Shown here: piece after piece, positions 11,700 through 23,034 of the stretch | Layout of the letters: every line of letters begins with the position of its first letter | How positions within the stretch are numbered: the stretch's first letter is position 1 | Assembly: GCF_004010195.1 (NCBI RefSeq) | Contig: NC_057754.1 | Location: 6,096,611 to 6,160,610 of the forward strand | Direction: 5' to 3' | DNA from: Chiloscyllium plagiosum | Taxonomy: Eukaryota | DNA: 64,000 nt | Made by a program: the position numbers and the translations under genes | The notes under the pieces: model-generated | Seen by the model: the letters and a program-made list of their open reading frames with translations, nothing else | Database searches by the model: none | What the model was told of the DNA's origin: nothing

Positions 11700-12600
11700 T
11701 TCTGTTTATGTCACGGAATCAAAGGTTCCGTTTCAGATTGATCAAGTTTAAGGTGACACCGACGCGGGTAAGGGGTTTCAGTAGCAATGGAGCCGGGGTG
11801 AGGAGGAGACAAGCAATGTTTAAGAGATTGGAATTCCTGGTGTTTGTGATTGTGTAGATGTCTGATCAGAAGGTCACCTTGGGGTCAGGTATGACAGCAA
11901 TATTGTGAAGAGCGTAGTTCTGCCTCAGACAGTTCCCAGCGAGAGGAAGGGGCTCAGCAATAAGGGAAAGGAATTTGTAAGGCAATGGGTTTAACCATTA
12001 CAATGTTTCATTGGAGGAAACTGCAGCTAATCGATTAGTGGGAGTGTGGTAAGCAGTTTGATAACTGAGTAACAGTGGAGTAATGGAGAGTGATGATGGG
12101 GAGGGAGATCTGGGCATCGTCAGTGTACATGTGAAACCCAACATGGTGCTTTTGCACAATGTCACCTCCTGGCATTGTACGTGAGATACAGGAGGGACCA
12201 AGGACACCAAATGCAAGAAATTTAGAAAGGAAAGGGATAGTGGAGATGGAGCAGGATTTTGGAAGAGAAGGGCATAACCAGAAAAGACAGAACAAGGCAC
12301 AATATTTGTGAATTGGTGAGGGGGAATGATGAGGAGGAGAAGGAAAGAGAGTTGGAAAGTCTGTAGTCAAGCGAGATTAGGATAAAGGGTCAAGATGAGC
12401 TCTGATAAGGCTTGACACGAGATGAGATTGGAGCACACGTGAGGCAGTTTGGCTCCGTGGGCTAGTGGGAGGGAGGGAAGCAGCAGATCGGATTATCTCA
12501 GTCTTAGTGACAGAGAAACTCCATGCGCTCCAAACACTTGTTGTTGGAGAGAAAGATGGAGGAGGCAGGATGATGGATAGTGTTTCACAAAGAAACAAAA
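11700..12600 (-). mobile_element. L2-clade-like LINE RT remnant
   Basis: Minus ORF contains GDIVQKHHVGFHMYTDDAQI (YADD-type motif in L2 context); paralog at about 52960-54190. Confidence 0.7.
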
Positions 12601-12789
12601 CCTGGGTTAGTGATATTTAAAATGAGTGAACAAACCTGATGTATTTAGCTTTTATTCCTGGTTCGAATCCCATCTTGGCAGATGGTGGAATCTGAATTCA
12701 AGAAAAAAATAACTGGAATTCGGAATCTCCGGATCTCCATGAAACCATTGTCAATGGCGAAAAAAATCCTGCCAACCTGACAGTGACCC

Positions 12790-14330
12790 AGCTAGCTACT
12801 CACTGTATTAATCACTGCAAAGTCCCAACACAGGAATGAAACTGGATGGACCACTTGGTATCTAACAAGGCACCAGAAATTACAACCACAGAATCAACCC
12901 TCTCGATGATGCAACGTCCTCCTCACTAACATCTGGATTTTGGTGCCAAAATGTGCATAGCAGTCTCACAGACCAATCAAGGAACAGCCTAACATTCTCA
13001 TACTCATGAAATCAACCCTTACAAGACAATGACAAGACACCATCATCCCCATCCCTAGATATCGAGAGTGTGTTGCTGGAAAAGCACAACAGGTCAGGCA
13101 GCATCCGAGGAGCAGGAGAATCGATGTTTCGAGCCTAAGCCCTTCATCAGCCTGATCTGCTGTTCTTTTCCAGCACCAAACTTTTGACTCTGATCTCCAG
13201 CACCTGAAGTCTTCACTTTCTACTAAAATCTCTGGATATGTCCTGTCCCACAGGCAGGACAGACCAGGCAGAGGTGGTGGCACAGTGGTGTACAGACAGG
13301 GAGGATTTGCCCTGGGAGTACTCAGCATTGACTCTGGTTACCAGGAGTTCTCACGGCTCCTGCTGATAACCATGTACCGTCCTCCCTAGGCTGATGGATC
13401 AGTTCTCCTTCATGTTGAACATTTGGAGGAAGCACTGAGGAGGTAAAATGGCGTCAAACGTACTCTGGGTACAGGATTTCTATATCCACAATCGAGACTA
13501 GCTCTGCAACAGAATTACTGACTGAGCTAGTCAGGTCCTAAAGTATATAGCTGCTCAACTGAGTCTGCAGCGGGTGGTGACGGAACCAACAAGAGGGAAA
13601 AACATACTTGATCTCATTGTTATGAATTGGCTGAAGATATATCTATCCATGACAGTATTGGTAAGAGCGACCATCACACATTCCTTTTGGAGACCCAAGT
13701 CTTGCCTTAAAGTTAAGAAAAACCTCCATTGTGTTGAGTGGCACTATCACCGTTCTAAATGGGACAGACTTTGAAGAGATGTAGCATCTCAAACTGGGTA
13801 TCTCTGAGGCACTGTGGGACATCAACAGCAGCAGAACTGTACTCTAGCACAATCTGTAATCTCATGGGTTCGTAAATCCCGCTCTCAACCATCACAATGG
13901 ACAGGAAAGGAGGCCATACCAAGAGCAGCAGCAGGCATACCTAAAAATGAAGTGGAACCTGGTGAATCTACCAAACAGGACGACCTGCATATCAAATAGC
14001 ATCAGCAGCAAGCAGAGTTAAGTGATCCTACATCCAATGGATCAGTTCTGAGCTCTGCAGTTCTGCCACACCCAGTTGTGAACGGTGATGGACAATTAAA
14101 CAACTCACTGGAGGAAGCATCACAGATATCCCTACCCTTACTGATGGAGGGGCCTCACATATACATGCACCAGATAAGACAACAGCATTTGCAACAATTT
14201 TCAGCCAGACGCGCCAAGTGGATGATCCATCTCAGCCTTCTCCAGTGATTTCTAACATCACAGATGCGAGTTTTAAGCCAGTTCGATTCATTTTGAATAA
14301 CATCAAGAAATGGTTAAGTAATGCAAAGGA
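12790..14330 (+). mobile_element. Decayed non-LTR retrotransposon, AP-endonuclease region (CR1/L2 superclade)
   Basis: Reads GYVLSHRQDRPGRGGGTVVY and EPTRGKNILDLI (APE motifs); same family as 24170-25460. Confidence 0.75.
13063..13228. mobile_element. Short Penelope-like terminal-repeat insertion with inverted arms
   Basis: GCTGGAAAAG..CAGGTCAGGCAGCATC arm with an inverted partner; flanked by imperfect duplication TCCCTAGATAT / TCTCTGGATAT inside a LINE. Confidence 0.7.
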
Positions 14331-14945
14331 TATACCTGGGATGTTCCACTAAATTAAACATGCAGTATTATTATAAACGATTATTCCGTTATGAGAACAC
14401 ATAGATTGTTGAACTGTCATAAATTTTAATCCATAGGCCACTCATATCCATAGTAAGATATCACTTGTTATCTTAGAATCTTTGTAGTCGTTGAGACTTC
14501 CACATATGCACATTTTTGAGAAAACCTGTGATTTCTAACGAATGCCCTGTTTCTCTGTTGAAGAAACTTTGTATTTTAATATAATTGAATGAAAACCATT
14601 TTGAGAAGCTGCTCTTAATTATTCATCAATAAATAGTAAATGCTCTTCTTAATCTTGATTTAAAAATTATTTATGTACTGTCATTTCTCTGACAGCTGGC
14701 ACTATCAGATAAAACACATTCCCACCCCCCACTCCACCCAAATGAACCAATTTGGTTTTGAGTACAAAAATTTCTGGAAGCTTAAGAACTAAATGTATTA
14801 TCAAGAATGCATAATAGAACCAATTATATCAGATTGGATGTATCGTTATTGATCCTGCATTAAACTCAGAAGGAAATTACATTCAAGACTTAATATGTCT
14901 CAAGTAACAAAGACACACAAAATGTGCACAACATGCATGGGGAAT

Positions 14946-15657
14946 TGTTACGATATGGGATAAACTCTCCTGCTTAATTTAAAACTAGCCACACAGAAAA
15001 GATTTATCCCGTGCAGCAATATGTAAATATTCGATAGACCAAGAACTAGTTAAAGTAAAAATTAACAACTATATTTCTTAAAGTATAACAGAGAATAATT
15101 AACTAACAACTATTTACAATTCCTCCCTCTAACCTATCTTTTACCCTCCTTTCTATAATACTATTCCAATAAAACTCCCAATTAAGATTTACAGAAAAAT
15201 CCAAATTTTAAAACCAACCAGCGGTCAAATCTTCTCTTTATCTTCATCGGTAGATTGGCTCTCCAGGTCAACACTAAGGATTTTCTTAGTGCTAAACTCC
15301 TTCTCTAGACAGATACTTCCTAGAGAGTTCTGACTAGGAGTCTACATCAGTTGATCAGGAGGTGGTTCTCCTCCCAACTGTTCAATTTTCTCCAGTCTTA
15401 TACCCCAAAGCACTGGGTTATGTCATTGGTTTTTAAGATTGTCAATATACTCAATTCAAACTTGATTGCAATTTGATAATTTTTGGGGTATAATTTAAAT
15501 TGATTCGCCTAATTCAAATGTGTTTTGTTGTTTCCAGGCAACCAGCTACCTCCGTAGCTGGAGCACATGCTACATTGTGTCTTATTGAGAACATTTGGTG
15601 CTGTCACTGCTAGCTTTTCCTCTGTTAAAGGTGTAGTACACCCCACATCTTAAAACA
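14946..15657 (-). mobile_element. Solo LTR, 712 bp
   Basis: Starts TGTTA, ends AAACA; perfect 5-bp TSD GGAAT at 14941-14945 and 15658-15662. Orientation inferred from minus-strand TATA/CCAAT near 15400-15430. Confidence 0.75.
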
Positions 15658-16139
15658 GGAATAAATATTACATGAAAACCTAAAATAACAGCTAATTTTA
15701 AAAGGATTTACACCTGAAATCATCCAATAAAAAATCATCAAGAAGACTTTTCTGAGGTTTCTAAACTCTTTAAGTTCTGTCTTTGTGAATATCCCTGATT
15801 TTCCTCTTGCCAGCAAAATGAAATTGGAATTACCTCCCTATATCTGTCTCTTATTCAAATACTCTCTTTTTTAAAACACTTCTTAAAATCTTTCTCTATG
15901 ATCAATCTTTTGACACAGGTCCTACCATCTTATGTTTCACAGTGTCAGCGTTTATTTGACAATGCTTCAATGAAGTCCAGTGAACTTTAAAGTTGTTCTA
16001 TGAATGTAACAAACTAAGAGGCCAGGTTAGCTTCAAAATGTATCTGAAAACACTATCATTAGTCATGAATCCTAAGAATAACATTATTTACATGGACCTA
16101 TTCTGATTAAATCCCAACAAATTTAGTATAACTTAGCGG

Positions 16140-17720
16140 CATAGTTATACAGCATGAAAACAGATCCTTCGGTGCAACTGGTCCATGCCAACCTAAATAA
16201 ATCTAGTCCAATTTGTCAGCATTTAGCCTATATCCCTCTAAACCCTGCCTATTCATATATCAATCCAGATGCCTTTTAAATTTTGTAATTGTACCAGCCT
16301 CCATCACTTCCTCTGGCAGCTCATTCCATATACACACCATCTTCCATGTGAAAAAGGTGTGCCTCAGATCTAGTTTTGGACTCTCACCCCAGACAAAAGA
16401 TCTCAACTATTTACCCAATCCATTCCTGCATTGATTTTATAAACTTCTATAAGGTCACCTCTCAGCCTCCAGTGCTCCAGGGAAAATAGCTCCAGCCTAT
16501 TCAGCCTCTTCCTATAGCTCAAACTCTCTAACCCTGTCAACACCCTTGTAAATCTTTTTTGAAACCTTTCAACTTTAACAACACCCTTCTGATAGGAGGC
16601 AGGCCAGAATTGCACACAATATTCCAAAAGTGACCTAACCAATGTCCTGTACAGCAACATGACCTCCCACATCCTATATTCGATGCTGTAACCAATAAAG
16701 GAAAATATACTGAACACCTCCTTCATTACCGTATCTACCTGCAACTTGACTGGCAAGGAACTCTTGTTAGAAATGGGGAAAAGTGTTGTTTTTGCAGATA
16801 TAGAAAAAACATACAGAAAAAGGGGTACAGCAAGAGAACTATTAACTCTCTTAGTATTTAGGGAAGAGAATCAATAATTATGGTTAATTAAATACTAATT
16901 TTAGTGTGTAATTATTATAAGTTTCAAATAAGTTCAATGTTTAAAATAAAGTTCAAATAAGTTTTGTTTAAAAATTGTGTTTTCAGCAAAAAGCCGAGAT
17001 AATCAAAATGCTTGAGCTATGCAAAATGATACAAGTCAATGAAATATGCAGAGGTGGAATGTACCAGCAGAGTTGATAAAAATTGTTGAACCAGATCACA
17101 ATATACCTATGGATAATGGTCAATGGACAAGTGAGAAGGAACATCAAGATATAGGTTTAGACTTGTGTCAGCACTTACACAAGGGAAAGTTGCCCACTTG
17201 GAGAGAAGGGGGCAATAAGGATGGAGCATAGCTGAGCATTAATAGAAATCAATAAGAAAGATTGGGTAGTATAGGAGTCATTCATAGTCGGGAGAGATGA
17301 CCTCACGCAACTCAAACGTATAACTGGTGTAGTAATTTGAATTTTTCCTCACTTCAATTGTTCTGTACAATTGGAGTCCGATTCTTGCAAGATCGTAGAA
17401 TAAATTGTCTCGTTTCCAGTTTTGGTGGTCTCGTCTAAACTTTATTGATTTTGTTTTTAACACTATGAACCTGCAGTCCAAGGTCTCTTTGTTCCGCAAG
17501 ACTCTCCAGGGCATTGCCATTCAGTGTATAAGTCCTGCCCTGATTTCCTTTTCCAAAATACAGCAGCTCACATTTATCTAAATTAAACCCCAACTGATCA
17601 ATATCCCATTGCACTCTGCGGTAACCTTCTTCCCTGTCCAATTTTGTATGACCTGCAAACTCATTAACTATACCTCCTATGTTGACATCCAAATCATTTA
17701 AATGAATGACGAAAGAAATT
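16140..17720 (-). mobile_element. CR1 LINE 3' region, split by a solo LTR
   Basis: ORF 16403..16756 LYRTLVRSLLEYCVQFW...RLRGDLIEVYKI continues across the insertion into ORF 17435..17692. Confidence 0.92.
16765..17462 (+). mobile_element. Solo LTR, 698 bp, nested in CR1
   Basis: Termini TGTTAGAAA ... TTTTTAACA (imperfect IR); 4-bp TSD CTCT/CTAT; CR1 sequence is contiguous once it is removed; AATAAA at ~17399. Confidence 0.8.
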
Positions 17721-17762
17721 CAGAAATAAACACCCATCTCTCTAGGTTTGAATGTGCTCTGA

Positions 17763-18600
17763 GTAAATCCTGCCCTATGACTTTTACCAGAGAAACGCTG
17801 CCCAAAATAATGATGGCGGCGCTCACTCAGGCCTGCAGCCGCGCTGAGGCAATTCCCCGTTTACTGCAAACGCGGGACTGTGACGTTCAAATATGTGTTT
17901 TCCGACGTGCACAATTTGTTTGTAAAACCTCTCCACTCATAGCAACACAGATTTTCTCCCGTTTCCCTGTTTATTTCTTTCCTTACCGTATCCTTTCTCT
18001 CCATAACTTCGACATTCATTACAGCGACTCTGCGCCGCGCGCAAGGGTGATCACGTGGTTTAGCCTAGTTCCGCCCTTCATTCACTTTGACTGGTTGGAG
18101 GACCAACCGCCCACCAGGTCCTCCAGCTCCGCCCACCGTCCTTTCATTGTCTGTGTAAATCCTGCCCTATGACTTTTACCAGAGAAACGCTGCCCAAAAT
18201 AATGATGGCGGCGCTCACTCAGCCCTGGAGCCGCGCTGAGGCAATTCCCCATTTACTGCAAACGCGGGACTGTGATGTTCAAATTTGTGTTTTCCGACGT
18301 GCACAATTTGTTTGTAAAACCTCTCCACTCATAGCAACACAGTTTTTCTCCCGTTTCCCTGTTTATTTCTTTCCATATCGTGTCCTTTCTCTCCATAACT
18401 TTGACATTCATTACAGCGACTCTGCGCCGCGCGCAAGGGTGATCACGTGGTTTAACCTAGTTCCGCCCTTCATTCACTTTGATTGGTTGGAGGACCAACC
18501 GCCCGCCAGGTCCTCCAGCTCCGCCCACCGTCCTTTCATTGGTCCGGTGCTGACATTAAACACCCGGGGTCGCTTTGTTGGCTAGAGCACCCGCAGTGCA
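17763..18600 (-). promoter_or_regulatory. CpG-rich promoter/first-exon module, tandemly duplicated (392-bp period)
   Basis: GTAAATCCTGCCCTATGACTTTTACC at 17763 and 18155. Each copy has ATGGCGGC (YY1-type), E-box CACGTG, GC boxes CCGCCC and a minus-strand GTGAGC donor-like site; ATTGG boxes are in the right copy. Confidence 0.72.
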
Positions 18601-18659
18601 TCCTGCTTTAGCTGATATGTTGGGTAATGTGATGGGAGAGTTTACTGAGGGGAAGAATT

Positions 18660-19178
18660 GGAGAAAGTGAGGTCTGCAGATGCTGGAGATCAGAGCTGAA
18701 AAATGTGTTGCTGGAAAAGCGCAGCAGGTCAGGCAGCATCCAAGGAGGAGGAGAATCGACGTTTTGGGCATTTCCCCTCCCCCCACCTTTTGTCAGTCCC
18801 AACCATTTCCCCTCCACCCACCTTATCTCAGACCCAACCATTTCCCCTCCACCCACCTTATCTCAGTCCCAAACCTCAGACTCAGCACCACCTTCTTGAC
18901 CTGTAATCTTCTTGCCGACCTCTCCGCGCCCAACCCCCTCTCCGCCTATCACACTCACCTTGACCTCCTTCCACTTATCGCACTCCCAATGCCCCTCCCC
19001 CAAGTCCCTCCTCCCTACCCTTTATATTAGCCTGCTTGGCCCACCAGCCTCATTCCTGAAGAAGGGCTTATGCCCGAAACGTCAATTCTCCTGCTCCTTG
19101 GATGCTGCTTGACCTGCTGCTCATTTCCAGCCACAGGTCAAGCAGCATCCAAGGAGCAGGAGAATTTTTCAGCTCTGA
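18660..19178 (+). mobile_element. Penelope-like terminal-repeat remnant with inverted arms
   Basis: Arm at 18700-18765 is inverted relative to 19075-19130; hammerhead-like core at 19056-19083. Confidence 0.75.
19051..19090 (+). ncRNA. Minimal hammerhead-ribozyme-like motif
   Basis: CTGAAGA-A-GGGC-TTAT-GCCC-GAAA-CGTC: conserved core, stem II and a GUC triplet; stem I is weak in this copy. Confidence 0.55.
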
Positions 19179-19369
19179 AGGGAAGAATTCCCTTTGTGTG
19201 AGCTCTGCAGTAGATTTCCTTTGTTCATGGAGGGAATGCCCTTCCTACTCATGACTACATAGCTGTGATTGATTAATCAATGCCATCTGAATCCGTACAT
19301 AAACACCCCATTTTCACAACATCTGAGATCTTTAGCACATTGTATCACGCTCTTCTTTGGAGACAAAAA

Positions 19370-21310
19370 AGCATGAAACGGAGGCTCAAGGAATCGGAGC
19401 ATGAGTAGGGCATTCATCCCCTTCAGCTTGTTCCCCCATTCTATCAGATCATGGCTGGGCCATCCCAGGCCTCAACACCTCTTTTATGCTTGATTCGCAT
19501 AGCCCTCAACTGCTTAATATTTCAAAAATCTATCTGTCCTCTTTAAAACTAATTTGAGATAGAATCGCAGATTCCCTTATCTGTGGAAACAGGCCCTTCA
19601 GCCAACAAGACACACTGACCCTCCAAAGAGTAACCCAACAAGACCCATTCGCCTACCACATTTAGCTTTCACAATTCCTTGGGCGAGAAAATTCTAGCAA
19701 TTCACTGAGAGAGAAAAAAAATCTTTGTATTTTGTTTTAAAATGAATATTCCCTTCTGTAATGTCCCCTGGTTTGAGACTTCACTGGTGCTAGAAGATCG
19801 AGTCAATATCTACCCCATCAAGCTCCTCAGAATCTTGTTTCCACAAGCTCACACCTTATTTGTTGAGATTCTATTGAATAATGACCTAACCTGTTTAGCT
19901 ATTCTTGATAGGTCAACCTTTTCATCATTGAAGCAGCTAAGTGAATCTTTATTGAATGGTCTCCAATGCTGGTTTATCCTTTATTAAATATGGGAGCTAA
20001 CATTGTATACAGTACTCCAAGTGAGGTCTCAGCAACAGCCAGTGTGGTTAACCAATCCTCAGTCCATACTAATACATTACCCGATACGGTGAGCTCTTAT
20101 ATTGTGCAATTAACTTTTATGTAGCACCTTATCATTTGCATTTTTTAATCCAAGAGCAGAACATCATTGGATTGCCCTTTATCAGCTCTCTTTGTTATCT
20201 CCTCAATGAACTGTCGCAAATTTGTCAAATACCATTTCTCTTTCACAAAACCCAGTCTACCATGTTTAATGACAAGCTTTTCTAAATGTCCTGCTATTTC
20301 TTACTTTTATATTCAACTCTGTCGTATTACCAAAACAGATATTAAACTAACTAACTGAGTAGCACGGTGGCTAGCACTGCTGCCTCACAGCGCCAGAGAC
20401 CCGTGATCAATTCCTGCCTCAGGCTACTCTCTGTGTAGAATTTGCACATTCTCCCCGTGACTTCTTGGGTTTCCTCCCACAATCCAAACATATGCAGGTT
20501 AGGTGAATTGGCCACTCTAAATTGTCTGTGGTGTTAGGTGAAGGGGTGAATGTTAGGGAATGGGTCTGGGAGGGTTGTGCTTCGGCGGGTCGGTAGGAAC
20601 TTATTGGGCTGAAGGGCCTGTTTCGACGCTGTAAATAATCTAATCTAGTTTCCTGATTTCTGTCTCCCTTTCCTTCTTGAACAGGCTCATCAATCCACTG
20701 GATGTTCCCTTATCCCTTGACTCTGGAATATTCCAATCGATGCCTTAAATGTCTCTGCAGCCAGTTGCCTTAAAAAATGTTTGATCCAGGCCATTAGGTC
20801 CTGTCTACCTTTAGTCATATTAGTTGGTCAATACTTTGTCCCTTGTGACAAAGACTGTTATAACATTTTACTTCCCATGATTAACTTGCTTATTTGATAC
20901 CTTTGGGGTGATAACGGTATCCTCCTTCATGAAGACCTATGTAAAATATCGTTTTAATTTATCTGCTGTTTCCCTGTACCCATTATCAATTCCAGAGTCA
21001 GAACCTCCAAGGGTTCGATGCTGACTTTAGATATTCCATTTTTAATATACCTGTACCACTCTTGCCATTCGTTTTTGTTTCTTGTCAATTTAATTACATG
21101 GTCAGTTTTCTTCCTTTTGACTCATCCGCTGCTCTGTCATCGTTCCCTTGTGGGTACTGCCCTTGACTGCCTTTATTACCCACGGGTGGTTCACATTTCT
21201 CTTCGAGTTCTCCATTTTGCCTTAAATTAACTTTTGCTCAGCGTTATGTTTAAAAAACCCATCATATTACAGTGACCGAGCATGTGATTCTTTTTAAACA
21301 TTGGATGCTT
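19370..21310 (-). mobile_element. Old, heavily decayed CR1 LINE (with SINE insertions)
   Basis: CR1 3' end near 19390-19550; RT-like antisense text such as NCRKFVKYHFSFTKP on the plus strand. Confidence 0.6.
20357..20647 (+). mobile_element. HE1/V-SINE
   Basis: tRNA-like head (AGCACTGCTGCCTCACAGCGCCAGAGACCC), V-domain TTTGCACATTCTCCCCGTG, (TAATC)n tail. Confidence 0.88.
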
Positions 21311-22689
21311 CAATGTTCTCATTGGGTTCTGCTGTTTCAAAGAAGAGCTGAGATCATCTGGAAAGGAGGTGGCAGCTGATTCACTGTTAATTTCCAAAAT
21401 TAATTTGAATACTCGCAAAAAGAAATTATTTACAATACTGTGAGAGCAGGGGTCTAGCCAAGTAGCTATCTTAAAAAGGCGGCGCAGTTGCGATTGGTTG
21501 AATAGTGGCCTCTAATTTCAAAAGCAAAATGTGATCCAAGTGGTTTCCTTCCACAATCCAAAGAAGTGCAGGTTCGGTGAATTGGTCATGCTAAATTGCC
21601 CATCGTGTCCAGCGATGCACAGGTTCGGTGCATTAATCAGGGGTAAATGTTGAGGAATAGGTTTGATTGGAATACTCTTCGGATGTTTGTTGTGGAGTTG
21701 TTGGGCTGAAGGGCCTGTTTCCACAACATAGGGATTCAGTGGTCTGAGTAATTTTGGGGATCTAACAGAATCCTGGTATGCAGAGGGTTCTCTGTTAGTT
21801 AAAATAGTATTGTACATTCAGCTTATGTTACCTTCTGAAGTAATTTGAGGTTGACTGCTCTGTACAATTTCTCAGAACAGATGCTCTGGAACCAATCAGG
21901 GATCATCTGATAATGTGATTGATTAATGAGCTCAAAATAAGCGACCCTTTTGGTAAGATTTAATGCAGCGTGATAGAATTTAGTTTTAGGGTGAGGAATT
22001 TGCTTCTTCAACTAGGATCCAAATTTAAAGGCAGTCACAAGGGTATAAAGTAGCAGTTAGCTAAACTGGAATGGGACTATAGTTAGAATGTTAAAGCAGA
22101 AGAATATGTTCAGTTATTTTATAATTCTGAACAATATCTATTGACTTGTAAAAGAAATGCACGATGAACAGCAGTGCATAGGTGAGGGAATTATGAGGGA
22201 CATCAAATTGAAAGAAAAGATGCACAAAACTGCAAAGATGATGGTAGACCAGAAGGTTTAAAAATTTCAAACTATCGAAGGATGAACAAAAAAAGATGGA
22301 AGATAATTTGTCCCTTGTCAGAGAGACTGTTATAACATTTTTGCTCCCATTAATACCTTGCTTATTTCCCATCTTTAGGATGGTAGCAGTATCTTCTGGA
22401 TTAGTAAGATAATTAGGCAAACTAACACACGAGTTACTCAGCCTAAAACAAGGAAGGGCTTAAAGAGATATGGGCCAAATGCTGGCAAATGAGACTAGAT
22501 TAATTTAGAATACCTGGTCAGCATGGATATATTGGACCAAAGGGCCTGTCTCCAATTTGTACATCTGAGTCTAATTGGCCATCTGTTTTTTGAAAATCAT
22601 CATTTTCTTTCATTGTTGGTTGATGCTCCATACCCTTGCTTGGTGAAACCCTTTTTCTCTCCCATGTTGTTTCATGTGCTGTGATAAAG

Positions 22690-22892
22690 GTTGTTTAGCT
22701 CGGTTGGCTGGATTGCTGGTTTGCAATGCTGTGATGCCACCAGCGCAGGCTCAATTCCTGCATCGGCTGAGGCTCCATCTTTTCAAACTTGTCCCTCACC
22801 TGAGATGCGGTGACCGTCAGGTTAAACCACCACTTTTTCTGTTATGACAGAGCAGCCCTACTGCCTTCCAGTGCTCTGGTGACTTTACTTTT
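22690..22892 (+). mobile_element. tRNA-derived SINE (third family)
   Basis: TAGCTCGGTTGG A-box and GCTCAATTCC B-box; 3' part CAGGTTAAACCACCAC..AGAGCAGCCCTA is shared with 51180-51295. Confidence 0.6.
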
Positions 22893-23034
22893 ACTCAGTT
22901 ATAAGTGATTAGAAATTTTATACTCTTTATTGTTGGGTGTATTTCCTTTTGGTGACTTTTGTTATGAAACCCAGCGGCAGGGAAGGAAAATGTCTGATCA
23001 GTAAAAGTGGGGATAAACTAGGCTTTCAGGGAGG

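Noticed and set aside
17702..18585. Two similar 156-aa and 138-aa plus-strand ORFs as a duplicated gene
   Set aside because: They coincide with the duplicated promoter cassette, have no recognisable domain, and the frame is not kept in the paralogous cassettes.
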